Translations under genes and position numbers: made by a program
Shown: positions 13,860-25,921 of the stretch, piece after piece
Numbering within the stretch: the stretch's first letter is position 1
Layout: each line of letters opens with the position of its first letter
Assembly (NCBI GenBank): GCA_951406725.2
Contig: OX597825.1
Location: 16,244,001-16,308,000 of the forward strand
Direction: 5' to 3'
DNA length: 64,000 nt
Source of the DNA: Octopus vulgaris
Taxonomy: Eukaryota
The notes under the pieces: generated by a model
Databases searched by the model: none
What the model saw: only the letters and a program-made list of their open reading frames with translations
What the model was told of the DNA's origin: nothing

Positions 13860-14660
13860 TGGTCACCTCACTGGTGCTGGTGCTACATAAAAAGCACCCA
13901 GTACATTATGAAGTGGTTAGTGCTAAGAAGGACATCCAGGTATTGCAGCTCGGCACAGTCCTCTGACCTATCAGCTCTTGTAAAATTGTGTAACCCATGC
14001 CAGCATGGAAGATGGACATTAAACGGCAATGACAACAAACACACAGTACACTTTGTAAAGTGGTTGGCATCAGGAAGGGCATCCAGCTGTAGAAAACTAT
14101 TACAAAATATACACTGGAGTCTGGTGCGGTTCTTGGTGTTACAAGCTCCTGTGAAGATGTCCAACCCATGCCAGCATGGAAAATGGGCGTTAAACGGCAA
14201 TGACAACAAATGCATAGTACATTCTGTAAAGTGGTTGGCATTAGGAAGGGCATCCAGCTGTAGTAACTATGCCAAATTATACACTGGAGTCTGGTGAGGT
14301 TCTTGGTGTTACAAGCTCCTGTCAAGACGTCCAACCCATGCCAGCATGGAAAATGGGCGGTAAATGATATGATGATGATATCTGCATGTTGCCAGCGCCG
14401 CCTGGGCTGGCTTCCGTGCCGCTGGCACGTTAAAAGCTCCAACCGATCGTGGCCGATGCCGGACCCTGGCACCTGTGCAGGTGGCACGTAAAAGCACCCA
14501 CTACACTCGCGGAGTGGTTGGCGTTAGGAAGGGCATCCAGCCGTAGAAACTCTGCCAGATCAGACTGGAGCCTGGGGCAGCCCCTGGCTTCCCAGACCCC
14601 GGTCGAACTGTCCAACCCATGCTACGTGGAAAACGGACGTTAAACGATGATGATGATGAT
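13860..14660 (+). repeat. Tandem amplification of the repeat family C 3' module (about 150-170-bp units x3), followed by a family C copy ending in (GAT)n
   Basis: Unit aagtggttggcat..ggaagggcatccagctgtag...caacccatgccagcatggaaaatgggcgttaaacg repeats at about 13910, 14058 and 14228. Confidence 0.8.
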
Positions 14661-15330
14661 ACCTGTAAACTCATGTCTTATTGGATTTCATGTATAATGG
14701 TTAAATAACAAAAATATAGTTTTTCAAGCATTTGGAAATTTGGAATTATTGATTTTTGTTTTTAATTATCAGCACTGCAATAAACATTTTAAAATGGGAA
14801 GGAAGGTAATTTATACACATCATTAGTCATTTATCTCATTTAGATTTATCTTGTCTACAAAAATAAAAAAAAAAAAATATATATATATTTAAAAAAAAAA
14901 AAAATAAAAGAAGAAATATGAAAATTCTATAATTCTACATATATATATATATATATGTGTGTTGAATTCAGAATGTAAAAGTTGCGATGAGGAATAAAAT
15001 CATTTTATGGTGATAAATCAATGTATATTGTAACGAGTTTAGAAGTGTTCTAAATATAATCGGTAACGACTTTAGTATTGTTTAAAGCATATAATGTGAA
15101 GTGTTTAAGAATTGTTTCTCTACATGAATTGTAAATCATCATCATCATCATCATCATCGTCATCATCATATTCTCTTTTACTTGTTTCAGTCATTTGGCT
15201 GTGGCCATGCTGGAGCACCGCATTTTAGTCGAGCAAATTCTTTGTAAGCCTAGTGCTTATTCTATCTGTCTCTTTTGCCGAACTGCTAAGTTACAGGGGA
15301 TGTAAACACACCAGCATTGGTTGTCAAGCG

Positions 15331-15378
<48 letters not shown>

Positions 15379-16690
15379 CACGTGACCATGTCATGTGACC
15401 GACCAGTCCATCAAATGTAGTCACACATTGCTGGTCACAATGCGTTCGCATTGTTTTAGCCTTCGAATGACGCCAACAGCGAGCAGGCCAAAAGAAGAAA
15501 GAGTGAGAGAAAGTTGTGGTGAAAGAGTACAGCAGGGATCACCACCCCCTGCCGGAGCCTCGTGGAGCACTTGGGTGTTTTCGCTCAATAAACACTCACA
15601 ACGCCCGGTCTGGGAATCGAAACCGCGATCCTACGACTGCGAGTCCGCTGCCCTAACCACTGGGCCATTGCGCCTCCACACACACACATATATATTTGTT
15701 TGGCAAGATTTTTGATGTGAAGTCGTGTATTGAAACAGATATTGTTGTATTTCGGAATGGTCATTTTGCCAGTTTAGCCAATAAAAACACACGCACTATA
15801 TATTTGGTGTTACTTTGCTTCAGCGTTATTTATTTTTTACATTAATCTTAATCATATTTCGGCCAGAGTTCTTTCGTCACACTCCTGTGACCTCATCAGT
15901 GGTCCTTCGCTTTCTTCTTTCTTATTTGTTTGTCTCTTCTTACTAACCGTTAGCCATTTTGTATTTCTATTGTATGTGTCTTCATTTGTGCATGCGTATA
16001 TCTCTATGTGCGTCTATGTTTAGTTAGTGTGTGTGTGTGGGGGGGGAATGCCTGTAATATTTGTATCTCCTGTTTATATACGTTTGTGTAATTTGTTTTT
16101 GTTTTTGTTTATTCTTATTTTGTTTATGTGTTTACACCCACTTGCCCAAGGTGTCATGCAGTGGGACTGAACCTGGAACCATGTGGTTGGGAAGCAAGCT
16201 TCTTACTACACAGCCACGCCTGTGCAAAATTTGTGCAAAATATTTTAACACCAATGACTATGATTAATTAAAAGTAGTAGTAGTAATAGTAGTAGTATGG
16301 GGTGCATGTGTTGCAACAGTGTGTTGCTGCATCCACTGTTTGTTGGTGATTCCCCGCTACTCTCGGTGGATGACCCTTTTGCATCACTCAGGCAACAACC
16401 CTCCAACCCACGGATCTGTTTGGGTAGTCATTTCTGGCAAGGATTTTACAATGCTGGAGTGCAGATCCTACCTCAACCTCTTCTAGCCACTTTCTACGGC
16501 ACACGGAGGAAACATTGGGTTCATCCTTTGGCATGTCAGTCCCCCCACACAGTGCAGGACAGAAGAACTGGAAGTTATTATCACCTTCTACTGTAGATCA
16601 ACTAGCAAAGAGGTTGACGGGAGACTTGTCCTGAGAAATGCTATGTTTGTATACTATACTTAATGTTTTCTTTTCTGTTCTTCTTTTCAG

Positions 16691-16742
16691 ACAAAAATTA
16701 TAATTGGAATGGTCATTTTAATTGTATTGGCTGTCATAATAA
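16691..16742 (+). CDS. VAMP4: VAMP4-like exon encoding the transmembrane anchor
   Basis: Long pyrimidine tract ttttcttttctgttcttcttttcAG and donor A|GTAAGT; 52 nt, phase 0 to 1. Translates TKIIIGMVILIVLAVII, in frame with the previous exon. Confidence 0.9.
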
Positions 16743-18600
16743 GTAAGTATGACTTTGGTTACACTTTGTTTTGGCATTATCAATTCTTGACAGGAGCCAT
16801 TAAACAAGATTGGTTCTTTCTGTTGTTATATCAAGTTTTGCGATCTTAGCAACAACCGACTCTTTTAATAAATGACCACAAGTGACTTAACCCATTTGTT
16901 TATAATAACCACCAGTGTTCAGCTTGAACAGAATTCTTTTTCGTCTTTCCAAAATGACAGCTGATGTCCATTAACTAATTTCTACCAGGTCTCTTCAAAA
17001 CTATTTGATCTTTCTCCACTCTCCCATTCAACGTTTGTCAGCTGCGTCCAGAAAATTTATTCACTCGTAGTGTTAACTTTAATTATCTCTGCCAAATTAA
17101 CTGACTGTTTTCACCTCTCAGAGTTCAGTTTATGTTGCTGCCACTCAAAGCACTCCTCCTCCTACTCCTCCTCATGGTTTTCTGTAATTCTTACTTTGTT
17201 CCGATCCTTTATGACACACTATGTTCTCCAAGTTTACAAAAACTGTGGAATGAGAACAGCTCCTGGCCAGTTGTCTAGATTTTCTGGTCCGCTTTAACTT
17301 AAACATCATGAAAGTCTGTTGTCATGGTTACCTGGCAATGCCTACAAAGTTATTCTTTGTAAGCCCAGTACTTATTCTATCAGTCTCTTTTGCCGAACCG
17401 CTAAGTGATGGGGACGTAAACACACCAGCATCGGTTGTCAAGCAATGCTAGGGAGACAAACACAGACGCACAAACACACACATACATATATATATATACG
17501 TATATACGACGGGCGTCTTCAGTTTCCGTCTACCAAATCCACTCACAAGGCATTGGTTGGCCCGGGGCTATAGCAGAAGACACTTGCCCAAGATGCCACG
17601 CAGTGGGACTGAACCCGGAACCATGTGGTTGGTTAGCAGGCTACTTACCACACAGCCACTCCTGTGCCTTTCTCATATTACCAAATCAACTTGTTTTCTT
17701 AGTACCCTAGAGGTACCTTTTTCTATCGTACTTTGCCCGTTGTTCAGACAGTGTTGCAGAGTTATGCTTTAATAAAGAAATATGGAAATAACCAACTATT
17801 TTCCAGTGATATCTTCCTTTGTTTTCTCCTCTCTGTGGAATATGTCAATGACGGTTTTTTGGACAACTGAATTCTTGCTCATTAATACAACAGCAGCACT
17901 TTCTGCAAAAAAAAAAAAAAAACGTGATAATAAGAAATTATATAGAAGTCTTGACTGAAAGAATATTACCTAAATATGCTCTGCTCAAGCTAATATTATT
18001 TGCAATATTCTTGAGATAAGCAGAATTCACATATTTTTCTGTAGTTTTACACTTGTCAGTCTACAGTAATCATTTCTTGAAATCAGTGAGATTGTTCATA
18101 GACTGAAAAGAAGCACTACCACTGCATCTATTATGCAAAAGAACAATGCTTTTTTTTTTGAATATTCATTTCTGACTCAATTTTCTAAATTCCTGAGATG
18201 CATATGTGTGTGGGTTTATTCTATGAATTTTCTTTGTAGCAATACTAATAACTAGTTGTTTTGTTAAAACTCTAACATACACATGCTTTAGAAATAAAGC
18301 ATTAAGTGAATGCAGAGCTTAATGTACTAACTGGCGAATGACAAGTGAACAGGATTCATGTAATCAACTGCATTGGCTTACAACTGTTTCTGCTATGAGA
18401 AACAGTGCATTCAGGAGTTGAATGGCTGTGCAACAGCCTATAGCTTCTTCAGAGCCATTAAAATGATGAGTATGTTTATTTCTGAAAGTATTTAAATACA
18501 TAGAGTTGGTTATGTTCAGAACTGTGTATATGTGTGTGTTTGTGTATATGCTTGTGTTTGTGTCTATACATGTGTGTGTGTGTGTGTATGTGTGTATGTA

Positions 18601-18658
<58 letters not shown>

Positions 18659-18696
18659 CATGTGTGTGTATATATATGTGTGTGCATGTATGTATG

Positions 18697-18752
<56 letters not shown>

Positions 18753-18754
18753 CA

Positions 18755-18801
<47 letters not shown>

Positions 18802-19082
18802 CGACCTCTGCAAATATGCTGTGACTGCGAAGACCCGACAAATGAATTGAGTTCATGGCTCACAGGGCGGTGTGCTGTATTTACCTTGGATCGTAGGGCG
18901 ACCTGCTGTGCTTGAGGAGACCTATTGAGTCAAGTACATCAACTTCTGGTACTTGACTGAAGAAAGAAAGCCAAGAATGACCCGTCCTTTTTGCCTGTCC
19001 TTCTAATTGGTGTTTCTCTTGTCTGCCTTTATGTCATCTATCTGTCCGAACCTTTTAATGCCCTCTACTGCGTTTTTGTTCC

Positions 19083-19134
<52 letters not shown>

Positions 19135-19341
19135 TCATCATCATCGTTTAACGTCCGCTTTCCATGCTAGCATGAGTTGGACGATTTGACTGAGGGCTGG
19201 CGAACCAGATGGCTGCACCAGGCTCCAGTCTTGATCTGGTAGAGTTTCTACAGCTGCATGCCCTTCCTAATGCCAACCACTCCGAGAGTGTAGTGGGTAC
19301 TTTTACGTGCCACCGGCACGAATATATATATATATATATAT

Positions 19342-19386
<45 letters not shown>

Positions 19387-19388
19387 AT

Positions 19389-19601
19389 TTGAGGGGGTGC
19401 TGAAAGGTTCCTGGCTTTACGGGTATTATGAAAGACCTGGTTGGAAGCCCAACTTACTGAGTTTTTTTTACTGTGCTTAGAAAAATTGAGGGACCGCTGC
19501 AACAAGTGTGTGAATCTGGGAGTGGAATATGTTGAATAAAGTCATAATTAAGTGATCCTCCTGTATTTTCTTTAACCCAAAGCCAGGAACTTTTCAGCAC
19601 C
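19389..19601 (+). mobile_element. Mariner-derived MITE
   Basis: TIRs ggtgctgaaaggttcctggcttt / aaagccaggaacttttcagcacc; internal remnant LEKLRDRCNKCVNLGVEYVE* is a mariner C-terminus. Confidence 0.8.
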
Positions 19602-19964
19602 TGGGTGTCGAGCTGGCAGAATCGTTAGCGCGCCGGGTGAAATGATTATTTCATCCGTCGCTACGTTCTGAGTTCAAATTCCGCCAATGTCAACTTTGCC
19701 TTTCATCCTTTCGGGGTCGATAAATAATGTACCAGTTTCGCACTGGGGTCGATGTAATCTACTTAATCTCTTTGTCAGTCTTTCTTTGTACCCTCCATGT
19801 TTAACCCCTTGTGGGTAGTAAAGAAATACATATATACCTCATCTATGTATTGCATATTGGGTGTGTTTGTGTGTGTGTATGTATGTGTTTGTGTCTTTCT
19901 ATGTGTATGTACGCATGAGAAATATACGCTTCATCTGACAGATGTATATTTTTTTTATTTTCAG

Positions 19965-19990
19965 TTCCCATCATCATTCAGAATTCATAA
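19965..19990 (+). CDS. VAMP4: VAMP4-like terminal coding exon
   Basis: Acceptor ttttttttattttcAG; the phase-1 join gives IPIIIQNS-TAA, completing the TM helix and a short luminal tail typical of tail-anchored VAMPs. Confidence 0.85.
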
Positions 19991-21638
19991 GAGAAAGGAT
20001 AAAAAAAAAAAAAAAACCCCAAAAACCAAAAAAAAAATACCGAAGGACGAAAAACAGAAAAGAAAAAAAAAAACAAAAAACAAATAAAAAAAAACATACA
20101 CATTCACACGAAAAGGAAGAAAGCACAAATGAAAAATAAAAAAATAAAATAAAAACAAGGAAAAGAAATGGGGGTGCTGCTTTACGACCCCCATCCACCC
20201 CCCCCCTTTTTCTCTCCCTTCTTCCCCTTCTTTCTGACCCCTGCACAAAGTTGTGGCAGTGTTAAGGCAAAGTTGAAATCCTAACATAACTCTGACCCTT
20301 CATCTCATAGCGTTGTCACCATTGTCTTCATCATCATCATCATCATCCTCACCATTATTATTATTATTATCATCATCATCATCATCACTATTATTATTAT
20401 CATCATTATTATTATCATCATCATTATTATTATTATCATTATTATTATTATTATTATTATTATTGTTGTTGTTGTTGTTGTCGTCCTCTGCCACTCTATA
20501 TCCCATTATAGCACATTATACATTCCACTTTCTCTTTCCTCTATTGTGAGAAATAGATTTATGAAACTCTGCCGCTCCACTCCACGCATGCCCTCCCCCG
20601 CCAAATACATGCACACTAACGCATACACATGTGCACATACCCACCCTTAAATGCACACACATTACACACACATACACATAAGCAGTTATATGCTTTCTCT
20701 CTCATCTTCTCTCTCTTACTGTCACACACACACACACACACACACACACGGACTAACAGACAGACAATCACGCACAAGCAGATATGCACATACACTGCTG
20801 ACAAAGGGACATGTCGCACTCACACCCCTTCTCTCTTCTGTGCGTGTCTCTCTCACTCACTCTCTCCCTCTTTCTCTCTCTCTCTCTATCTCTCTTACAT
20901 TCACACGCACACACATAGATCTACATAGGAGCAATTGTGTATTGAAACATACACACGTGCACACATACATACATACATGTATTCACACTCACATATACGT
21001 ATACTGACTCAAGTAGTTATTCTAATGCACATACGTACACATTCATGCCCACACACACACACACACACACTTACACACACACACAAACACAAACACACAG
21101 AGATTCTCGATTTCCAATACCTAGATGTGATTTAATCAAAGACCTATGGCAACATGGTTGAGCAATCATGTGAGACGGTTCAGTAACCAATCAGGTGAGG
21201 CTGTTTTTATTCCATCATGTGACCATCATGTGGTACAGGTTTTTTTTTTTTTTAAAAAAAAAAGAATTTTTTTCTTTTTTCCCCCCTCTCCGTTTTTTTT
21301 TTTTTTTTGTCCATCAAAATAATCCCGTTTTACTCTATAAATCACAGATTGGAATTTTTATCCTCTGGGTTAGGTGAACAGGAGTAAGGATGGGGTTTTG
21401 GGACTTGTTTAATCTCTAGGTAAGGCTCAGTGGGGATGGTTGAGGTCAGAATATATATATGTGTGTGTGTGTGTGTGTGTTTATGGTTGATTTTGTTATA
21501 TTTTTATGAATTTTTTTTGTGCAATATTTTTTGGGGATTTAAAATACACAGGTTTGTTCAAATATTAAATGGCTTTCCCGTGTATATTATTTTTATTTAT
21601 CTTCTATATATAATGAGTCATGTGTTTGTATATATTGG

Positions 21639-21684
<46 letters not shown>

Positions 21685-21958
21685 TACATATACATACATA
21701 CATACACATGCACACACATAAATAAATGTGTGAGCGCGTGTTTGGGAAGTGTGTGGCCTAGTGGTTAGAGCAACAGGCTCATGATTGTAAGGGTGTGGGT
21801 TTGATTCTCAACCGTCGTGGTGCTCTGTGTCCTTGGGCAAGGTACTTCACTCTTCATTGCTGTTGTCTACTCAGGTGAAGTGTGTACTGACAGTACCTGG
21901 GGCTTTATCTTGTGCTGAACTTGTTTGATGTCTATCTTGTAAGCCTTGGAAGCCATAC

Positions 21959-21998
<40 letters not shown>

Positions 21999-22078
21999 AC
22001 ATTCATGATTGTCCATATACATACATGTATAAGTGTGTGTGTGTGTATGTATGCATATATATACATATATTTATGTTC

Positions 22079-22113
<35 letters not shown>

Positions 22114-22400
22114 TGATTAATGTGTATGTATATATGTATTCTTGTCCATATACCTGTGTATATACATAGTATATCCTGCAATTTCTTAATCTGTTTTATT
22201 TAAATACAATAAAATGCTCCTAAATTTTAAAACTGGGAATTATTTTTGTGATGCCCCCCTATGTACATATCTGTCCTTTCTGCTTTTTATGTAAATATAT
22301 TTATAATAAAGACTCTTAATTTAAATTAATTTAATTTCTTTTTAGTTTCCTTTTTTTGTTTATTGCGTTGAAATAAAGACTTGGTTTAATTTTTTGTTTT
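19991..22400 (+). other. Probable VAMP4 3' UTR, with candidate poly(A) signals near 22208, 22305 and 22372
   Basis: Follows the stop codon; AATAAA at 22372-22377 is followed by a T/GT-rich downstream element. The true end cannot be determined from sequence. Confidence 0.4.
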
Positions 22401-22910
22401 GTTTGGATTTATTTTATTTTTTTTAGATCGTTTTTGTATTTGCTTTGTTATATATTCTTGATGTGAATTCCTGTGTTGAAATGTTGCTGTGTCTGGGAGG
22501 GTCATTATGCGAATAATAATGACACACACACACTGGTGTGTGTGTTATTTTTAGAATAACAATTCTTCCAAGACATGACAATATTTTTTAAGAATTTTTG
22601 TTTAATTAAAAATAATTTTTTCATGCATTTTTTTTCATCATTTGAATGTTCTTTTGTTTGTTATTCTTGTCCTTATTTAACATTTTTTTCCCTCCTTTTT
22701 TTGCATGGGTCAGATGTAATTTATTGAGGCAGATTTTCTGTGGCCATATATCCTTCTTTTTACTATCCTCACTTCTTTCCAAGCAAGGTTTATATTACCC
22801 TATGGCCAGACACACTTTTTGTGGACGACAGGAAGCGAACAACATCACTTGTATAACAGTGATGCTCGTTTACAACCATCTTGTGATGTCTAGATTAGGA
22901 TACACACATT

Positions 22911-23144
22911 AAGGCGACGAGCTGGCAGAAACGTTAGCACGCCGGGCGAAATGCTTAGCGGTATTTCGTCTGCCACTACGTTCTGAGTTCAAATTCCGCC
23001 GAGGTCGACTTTACCTTTCATCCTTTCGGGGGTCGATTAAATAAGTACCAGTTACGCACTGGGGTCGATATAATAGACTTAATTCATTTGTCTGTCCTTG
23101 TTTGTCCTCTTTGTGTTTAGCCCCTTGTGGGGTAGTAAAGAAAT
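22911..23144 (+). mobile_element. SINE family B monomer with TSD
   Basis: aaggcgacgagctggcagaaacgttagc...gagttcaaattcc...gtcgactttacctttcatcctttcgggggtcgattaaataagtacc...gtagtaaagaaa; flanked by imperfect repeats tagattaggatacacacat / tagattaggattcatacat. More than 20 copies in the window. Confidence 0.9.
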
Positions 23145-23612
23145 AGATTAGGATTCATACATCATGGTGTAAACTCAGATGATTGTACCTCATCCTCCCA
23201 CACTACTCACTGCAGATGTGTGGCTTGTGCCAAAGGGAAAATTCCTGAATATGAAGAATTAAATATATTATTGTAATCACTTTAGTTACCTGTTTACTGG
23301 AGCTTATCTCCACTCAAAACAGCATTAGCTTTGTGTGGGTTGTATCTACCTATGGGCTATGAAAAAGAAAAATGACGAGCTAGATGTTATAATTTACCAT
23401 CACTATTTATTTTCCATTATTATTATATGAAATAATAACGTGATATTTGAGACAGTATTTAGAGAGAAAGAGCTAAATTCCTTATAGCAATGGAGAGATG
23501 GAGATTTGATAGTAATAAAGATAGGAAGAGATGTTTAATATTTAGAGTGATAACTGATACAATAAAGAGAGCTGATGTTAATGATGGACACCCCATTGTT
23601 TAAAGATTGATT

Positions 23613-24013
23613 GGATCCTTTCGGTTTGAACGGCAGTTTCTAACATAATTTCTAGGTAACTAAAAAAATTTAAACTTCGTATACTGGTAGAATGTGTTTA
23701 TAAAACATCTTTTTCTCTTGGCTTTATTGAGAAAATTCTATAGTTTGTAAGATATTTGTTGTTTTTTTTCTTCAATTTCTGCAATTTCAACTAATCACTG
23801 ACGTCCATTGAGGTAAAAAACACTCTGTGTCGTATGAATATTTCCCTTGTTTAAGAAACAGATTGGGCTTATTTACATTTGTGAAGAAAAAAAGATACCC
23901 TTCCCCCTAACCCTAACTAACCCTAACCCTAAAACAGATTGAAATGCAATAGATGGATGACAATTTCATATGACACCGCTAGAAAAAAACTGCCATTCAA
24001 AACGAAAAGATCC
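23613..24013. mobile_element. About 400-bp MITE with GG...CC termini, 8-bp TSD and internal (CCCTAA)n
   Basis: TIR ggatcctttcggtttgaacggcagttt / aaactgccattcaaaacgaaaagatcc; GATTGATT directly flanks both ends; CCCTAA repeats at about 23905-23932. Confidence 0.85.
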
Positions 24014-24117
24014 GATTGATTTCGACCAGCATTACCTTTGCTTTCACTTTACAAGAACAAGAAAAAGTAATATGTAGTAATATGAAATGTATCCCAGTCC
24101 GTAACGGATCATCAGGT

Positions 24118-24380
24118 CTGTTTCCGGAAAATTCGCTGGAAACATTTTTGCAGTGGGAACATTTGCTGTAGGAAATTTTACTGTATAGGAGGCATGCAAG
24201 CAGACTGGAAACTATATGAATCATTTTAAAGAAATTACTTTTCTCTAATTGGTAGGTTAGTCAGTAAAATAGCTATTTTAAGAAAACAGCCAATTTTTAA
24301 AAATATTTCTTTGCAATTTCTTTCTTTCTATGGTGAATTTTCCTATGGTAAAAATGTTTATGGGGAAATTTCCTGTAACC
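24118..24380. mobile_element. Decayed MITE with about 15-bp subterminal tandem repeats in inverted orientation
   Basis: Left units resemble ggaaattttactgta; right units resemble tatggtgaattttcc. Confidence 0.45.
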
Positions 24381-25500
24381 CCCTAGGTCACATCCAAGGG
24401 GCTCTCTTTTATCGTGCTCCGGTGTTAGATGGTTTGTATAGCTGGATGCCCTTCCTTAACACCAACCCCTTTACAGTGTGTACTGGGTGCTTTGTTTTCT
24501 GCCATTGGGACTAGTGAGGTCGTCAGGTAACTTGCAAAACAAGAGAACAGGCGACAGTCCCCTTGACTAAGTGTGTGTGTGTGTGATTTTTGAGAGGTGG
24601 TTGTATGCCATGTGTCAAGAGGCTAAAGTATGATAGAGGAACAAGCCAAGTTGTCTTGCAACATGACTACCCTGCGTTATGTAGGGGTGGGTGGTGGAAG
24701 TAGCTTAAAGAAGGTAGAGATGGTGGTGTCTAGATGCCACAGCATCATGGTTAGATCTTCAAAACCTTTTGTTGTACATTTCTTTAACCTGATATTTCTG
24801 TATTTCTCCATATCTCGCGAAAGCGATGCAAGGCATAATGTGAAGTGGAGTATTATTGATTAGACTGTTTGATGTACAATGAAAGATTTTGATATCAAAC
24901 GGATATATCATTCAAAAATAATAATCAAGCAAAAAAAAAATAAAAAAAAATAAAATATATAAAAATATAAAAAATAAGCGTAGACACGGACGTAAGCGTG
25001 GGTTAAGAAGCCCTCTTTGCAACTGCTGTGCGGCACCCTTGGGCAAGCATCTAATATAGTCACGGGCCGATCAATGTCTTGTGAGTGAATTTGGTAGAAG
25101 AACGTCGCGTGTGTGTGTATGTATGTTTCCTCACCGTTTGATAACCAGTGTTGGTTTGTTTGCGCCCCTATAGATTACGATTCGACGCAAAGAGACCCGA
25201 AAGAGTAGGTATCAGACTTTAAAAAAAAACAAAAAAAACGTGCCGGTGTCGATTTGTTCGACTAAAACCCTTCGAGGCCGTGCTCCAGCATGGCCGCTGT
25301 TCAAAACTGAAACAAGTAAAAAATAAAAGAAGATAGCTGTGTATATGTTTTCAATGGCTAGTGTAATTCTGTGACGATGCTATTGTCATCAAGCACGGTC
25401 TCGGATGGAACGTCTCTTGCCAAAGATCTGCCACTTCGGGATTTCTTGTAGCCAGACATTTACCTCTTTGTAGTACATTAGTGGGATATTGCGGAAAGAT

Positions 25501-25921
25501 AAGGCGGCGAGCTGGCAGAATCGTTAGCACGCCGGGCGAAATGCGTAGCCGTATTTCGTCTGCCGTTACGTTCTGAGTTCAAATTCCGCCGAGGTCGACT
25601 TTGTCTTTCATCCTTTCGGGGTCGATAAATTAAGTACCAGTTACGCACTGGGGTCAATATAATCGACTTAATCCGTTTGTCTGTCCTTGTTTGTCCCCTC
25701 TGTGTTTAGCCCCTTGTGGGTAGTAAAGAAATAGGTAATTCATCTGTCGTTACGTTCTGAGTTCAAATTCCGCCAAGGTCGACTTTGCCTTTCATCCTTT
25801 TCGGGGTCGATAAATTAAGTACCAGTTACGCACTGTGGTCGATATAATCGACTTAATCCGTTTGTCTGTCCTTGTTTGTCCCCTCTGTGTTTAGCCCCTT
25901 GTGGGTGGGTAGTAAAGAAAT
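25501..25921 (+). mobile_element. SINE B dimer (head+body, then body) with TSD
   Basis: Second unit begins at the aaagaaata-ggtaatttc junction; TSD atattgcggaa(a/c)gat. Confidence 0.85.

Noticed and set aside
13860-14370. Regularly spaced repeats suggesting a CRISPR array
   Set aside because: Whole units are duplicated with no unique spacers; eukaryotic retroposon-derived sequence.
15600-15680. tRNA-like sequence (also 6063, 26385, 39287, 60485)
   Set aside because: SINE heads with A/B boxes that continue into repeat bodies; no complete cloverleaf.
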